NCBI GenBank assembly: GCA_902537905.1
Contig: CACBDD010000001.1
Location: 1 to 60,489, forward strand
From: an uncultured Pelagibacteraceae bacterium
Lineage (GTDB): Bacteria; Pseudomonadota; Alphaproteobacteria; Pelagibacterales; Pelagibacteraceae
Direction of reading: 5' to 3'
Length of the DNA stretch: 60,489 bases
The stretch's first letter is position 1. Every line of letters begins with the position of its first letter. Both the position numbers and the translations under genes were made by a program. Shown here in pieces: positions 58,362 through 60,489 of this stretch. Below the pieces are notes generated by a model. The model saw only the letters and a list, made by a program, of their open reading frames with translations. It was not told the DNA's origin and ran no database searches.

Positions 58362-59312
58362 TTAATTTAATAATTTTTTCTTGGCTTTTTCAAATTCTTC
58401 TTTGGTAAGAACTCCAGCTTGAAGGAGTTCTTTTAATTCATTTAATCGTTTTACAAAATCATTATTAGAGTCACTTGACGCAACAACATTATCTTTCTCT
58501 ATATCGTCTAAAATCGCATCACTCAAATCAAGTTTGTGCTTTTTTCTTGCTTTCCATATAACTTCAAATTCTTTATGTCTCTTTGCTGATAAAGAAGTAA
58601 ACTCATCAATAAATTTTTTAAATTCAGGATGTTTATCTATATTATTTCTGTGATACTCACTCGTTTCTTCAGTGAAATATTTATTTTTCGGACCTCCATA
58701 GGCCTCAGGATTAATTAAAAAATAAACACCTGGACCATTTTCTGTTACAACGGGTGCATAGTATTCATGTATAGCTGACAATAATATTTTTGGTTTTATT
58801 ACATCATTTTCTTTATACCATCTTCGTAAAATTGGTCTTATACCTCCTACATCATCTGGATCATCTGGACGGTTCATTTCTTTATCATGATCAATATGTC
58901 TAACTCTAAGACAATTAGATGCAGTTCCTTTTATATATAAATTTGCATAATAATATTCAGGTCTTAATGTGCAGCTATCATATTCACCTCTTGTATAAAG
59001 TTTATTTAGCCAGGAACCTAAGTCAGCTGTGTATCTTCCTCCAGATCTAAATTCACACATAGACATTAAAGATTTAAATATTCTGCCTTCTTTAAGAATA
59101 AAATTTTTACATGAATAACCAAAACCTGCCCACCACCATGAACTTTGTCTGATATATTCCCACTTGCCTTCTGGCAAATTGACTTTCATTTTTTTCCACT
59201 TTAGTGTTCCCTCATAAAAATTACCCTTGACAAATTTAGTTTTTGCTTCTGAATTTTGAATTGGGATAATTAAACAAAATAGAACAAATAATATACTTAA
59301 GAATCTAAACAT
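58362..59312 (-). CDS. Exported protein with C-terminal SHOCT domain
   Basis: Signal peptide; four Cys in the mature part; C-terminal LNELKELLQAGVLTKEEFEKAKKKLLN. Confidence 0.8.
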   Translation of the reverse strand: MFRFLSILFVLFCLIIPIQNSEAKTKFVKGNFYEGTLKWKKMKVNLPEGKWEYIRQSSWWWAGFGYSCKNFILKEGRIFKSLMSMCEFRSGGRYTADLGSWLNKLYTRGEYDSCTLRPEYYYANLYIKGTASNCLRVRHIDHDKEMNRPDDPDDVGGIRPILRRWYKENDVIKPKILLSAIHEYYAPVVTENGPGVYFLINPEAYGGPKNKYFTEETSEYHRNNIDKHPEFKKFIDEFTSLSAKRHKEFEVIWKARKKHKLDLSDAILDDIEKDNVVASSDSNNDFVKRLNELKELLQAGVLTKEEFEKAKKKLLN

Positions 59313-59453
59313 AATTTAAACTATCACAAAATATTATAAATTATTATTTATTTTTTGAATTTATAATATAGGGAAAACAAAATAAGGCCTACAAAGACAA
59401 TTCCTAAAATATACTTAAATATTGATTAAAAAATATATCTACAAACTCAATAA

Positions 59454-60489
59454 TTAAATATTAAACTTATCCTTAATTCTATAAAACCACACTGCTAATT
59501 TAAAATAAAATACTCTTAATTGTGGGAAAATAAATTTTTTAGGTAAACCTTTGTAAATTAACGAGATGTCTAAGTTTTTACTATTTGATGAAAAAACTAA
59601 TTTAGACAACTGTTTTCCAGTCCAAGGAGCTGCACTAACTCCTACTCCACTGTAACCAAATCCATAATAAATTTCTTCATTATCTATTTTACCAATTGAA
59701 GGAGTAAGCTTTTGAGATAAAGCAATCAACCCTCTCCAATTATAATCAATTGTAACGTTGTTCCATTTAGGAAAAATATTTTTTAAAAATTGTTCCATGT
59801 CATTTGCTCTATTTTGATTTGATTGATCACTTCCTTCAAAATCTCCTCTAGTACCAAACAAAATTCGATTATCAGGTAACTTTCGATAATAATATAAAAG
59901 GTTTTTGGAATTAGCTATTGGCGCATAAGTATTAAAGTTATGTATGCTAAACTCTTCATTTGTAAGTGGTCTTGTTACAATAATATTTGAAATAACTGGT
60001 AATACTCTTCCATCCATTTCTGGAATTAATCCTTCTTGATAAAATCCATTTGTTGCTACAACTATTTTTTTTGTCTTTATCGATCCTTCATTGGTTCTTA
60101 AAAGATAAGAACCATTTTCTTTATCAATTTTTTCAACTTTTGTGTGTTCATATATTTTTAATTTTTTAGATAAAGCATATTTTGCAAGTCCATTTACAAA
60201 TTTCAGAGGATTGATTGCAAATCCAGGTTTATATGAAAAAGCTCCAAATTGTTCAGTTCCACCATGACCTACTTCATCAAATTCTTCTTTTGAATAAACT
60301 TTAGTCTCTATTCCAAATTCAGATTTATAGACTTTTGCTTGCTCTTTGATTTGATCAAACTTATTTTTGTGATGAGCTACAACAAAGTTATTTTCACCCG
60401 TTACATCACAATCAATATTATAATTATCAATTAATTCTTTAGTATAATTAGCTCCTTCAACAGAATTTTTAAAAAATTTTCTAGTTTCT
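59454..60489 (-). CDS. FAD-dependent oxidoreductase, DAO/PuuB/OrdL family (runs off window end)
   Basis: Frame continues upstream of the ORF-track Met (INPLKF...VVATNGF); YYRKLPDNRILFG, WRG and GYSGVGV. Confidence 0.85.
   Translation of the reverse strand, partial: ETRKFFKNSVEGANYTKELIDNYNIDCDVTGENNFVVAHHKNKFDQIKEQAKVYKSEFGIETKVYSKEEFDEVGHGGTEQFGAFSYKPGFAINPLKFVNGLAKYALSKKLKIYEHTKVEKIDKENGSYLLRTNEGSIKTKKIVVATNGFYQEGLIPEMDGRVLPVISNIIVTRPLTNEEFSIHNFNTYAPIANSKNLLYYYRKLPDNRILFGTRGDFEGSDQSNQNRANDMEQFLKNIFPKWNNVTIDYNWRGLIALSQKLTPSIGKIDNEEIYYGFGYSGVGVSAAPWTGKQLSKLVFSSNSKNLDISLIYKGLPKKFIFPQLRVFYFKLAVWFYRIKDKFNI

Noticed and set aside
59348-59425. Minus-strand hydrophobic frame IFKYILGIVFVGLILFSLYYKFKK
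   Set aside because: No start codon before the upstream in-frame stop; may be a gene remnant but cannot be supported.
1-60489. CRISPR arrays, IS elements, integrases, prophage genes, rRNA
   Set aside because: No repeat-spacer arrays or recognisable transposase, integrase, phage or rRNA sequences were seen by eye.

Overview
Very AT-rich, gene-dense, streamlined alphaproteobacterial DNA, most consistent with a SAR11/Pelagibacter-type chromosome. This assignment is inferred from gene content (aprMBA, xsc, amtB without glnK) and the tiny intergenic spaces. From left to right: (1) trigger factor (partial), tRNA-Leu(TAG) and small housekeeping genes; (2) a Zn-ADH, NCS1 and DMT permeases and a TRAP transporter; (3) an uncharacterised oxidative catabolic block (HIBADH-family, ALDH, SDR, HxlR regulator, FKBP-rhodanese fusion, Baeyer-Villiger monooxygenase, PhyH dioxygenase, degenerate PanB-fold protein, GMC oxidoreductase); (4) an organosulfonate/sulfite region (HpsO-like SDR, xsc, suyAB, two sulfate/sulfite exporters, aprMBA, HIT protein); (5) pabBAC, metC, mnmA, cysQ, recX, bcp; (6) tandem amtB paralogues with a structured CU-rich 3'-UTR element and a shared upstream motif; (7) HU and rseP; (8) an ~8.4 kb cluster of seven apparently exported proteins (caspase-like protease, TPR-trypsin protease, DUF4384, LPP20-like with novel repeats, SHOCT proteins, a lipoprotein); (9) a partial FAD oxidoreductase. 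The best candidates for undescribed systems are the exported dual-protease cluster (50922-59312), the amtB 3'-UTR anti-Shine-Dalgarno RNA (47722-47853) and the catabolic island (about 7.3-19.9 kb). All calls come from reading motifs by eye; no database searches were run.
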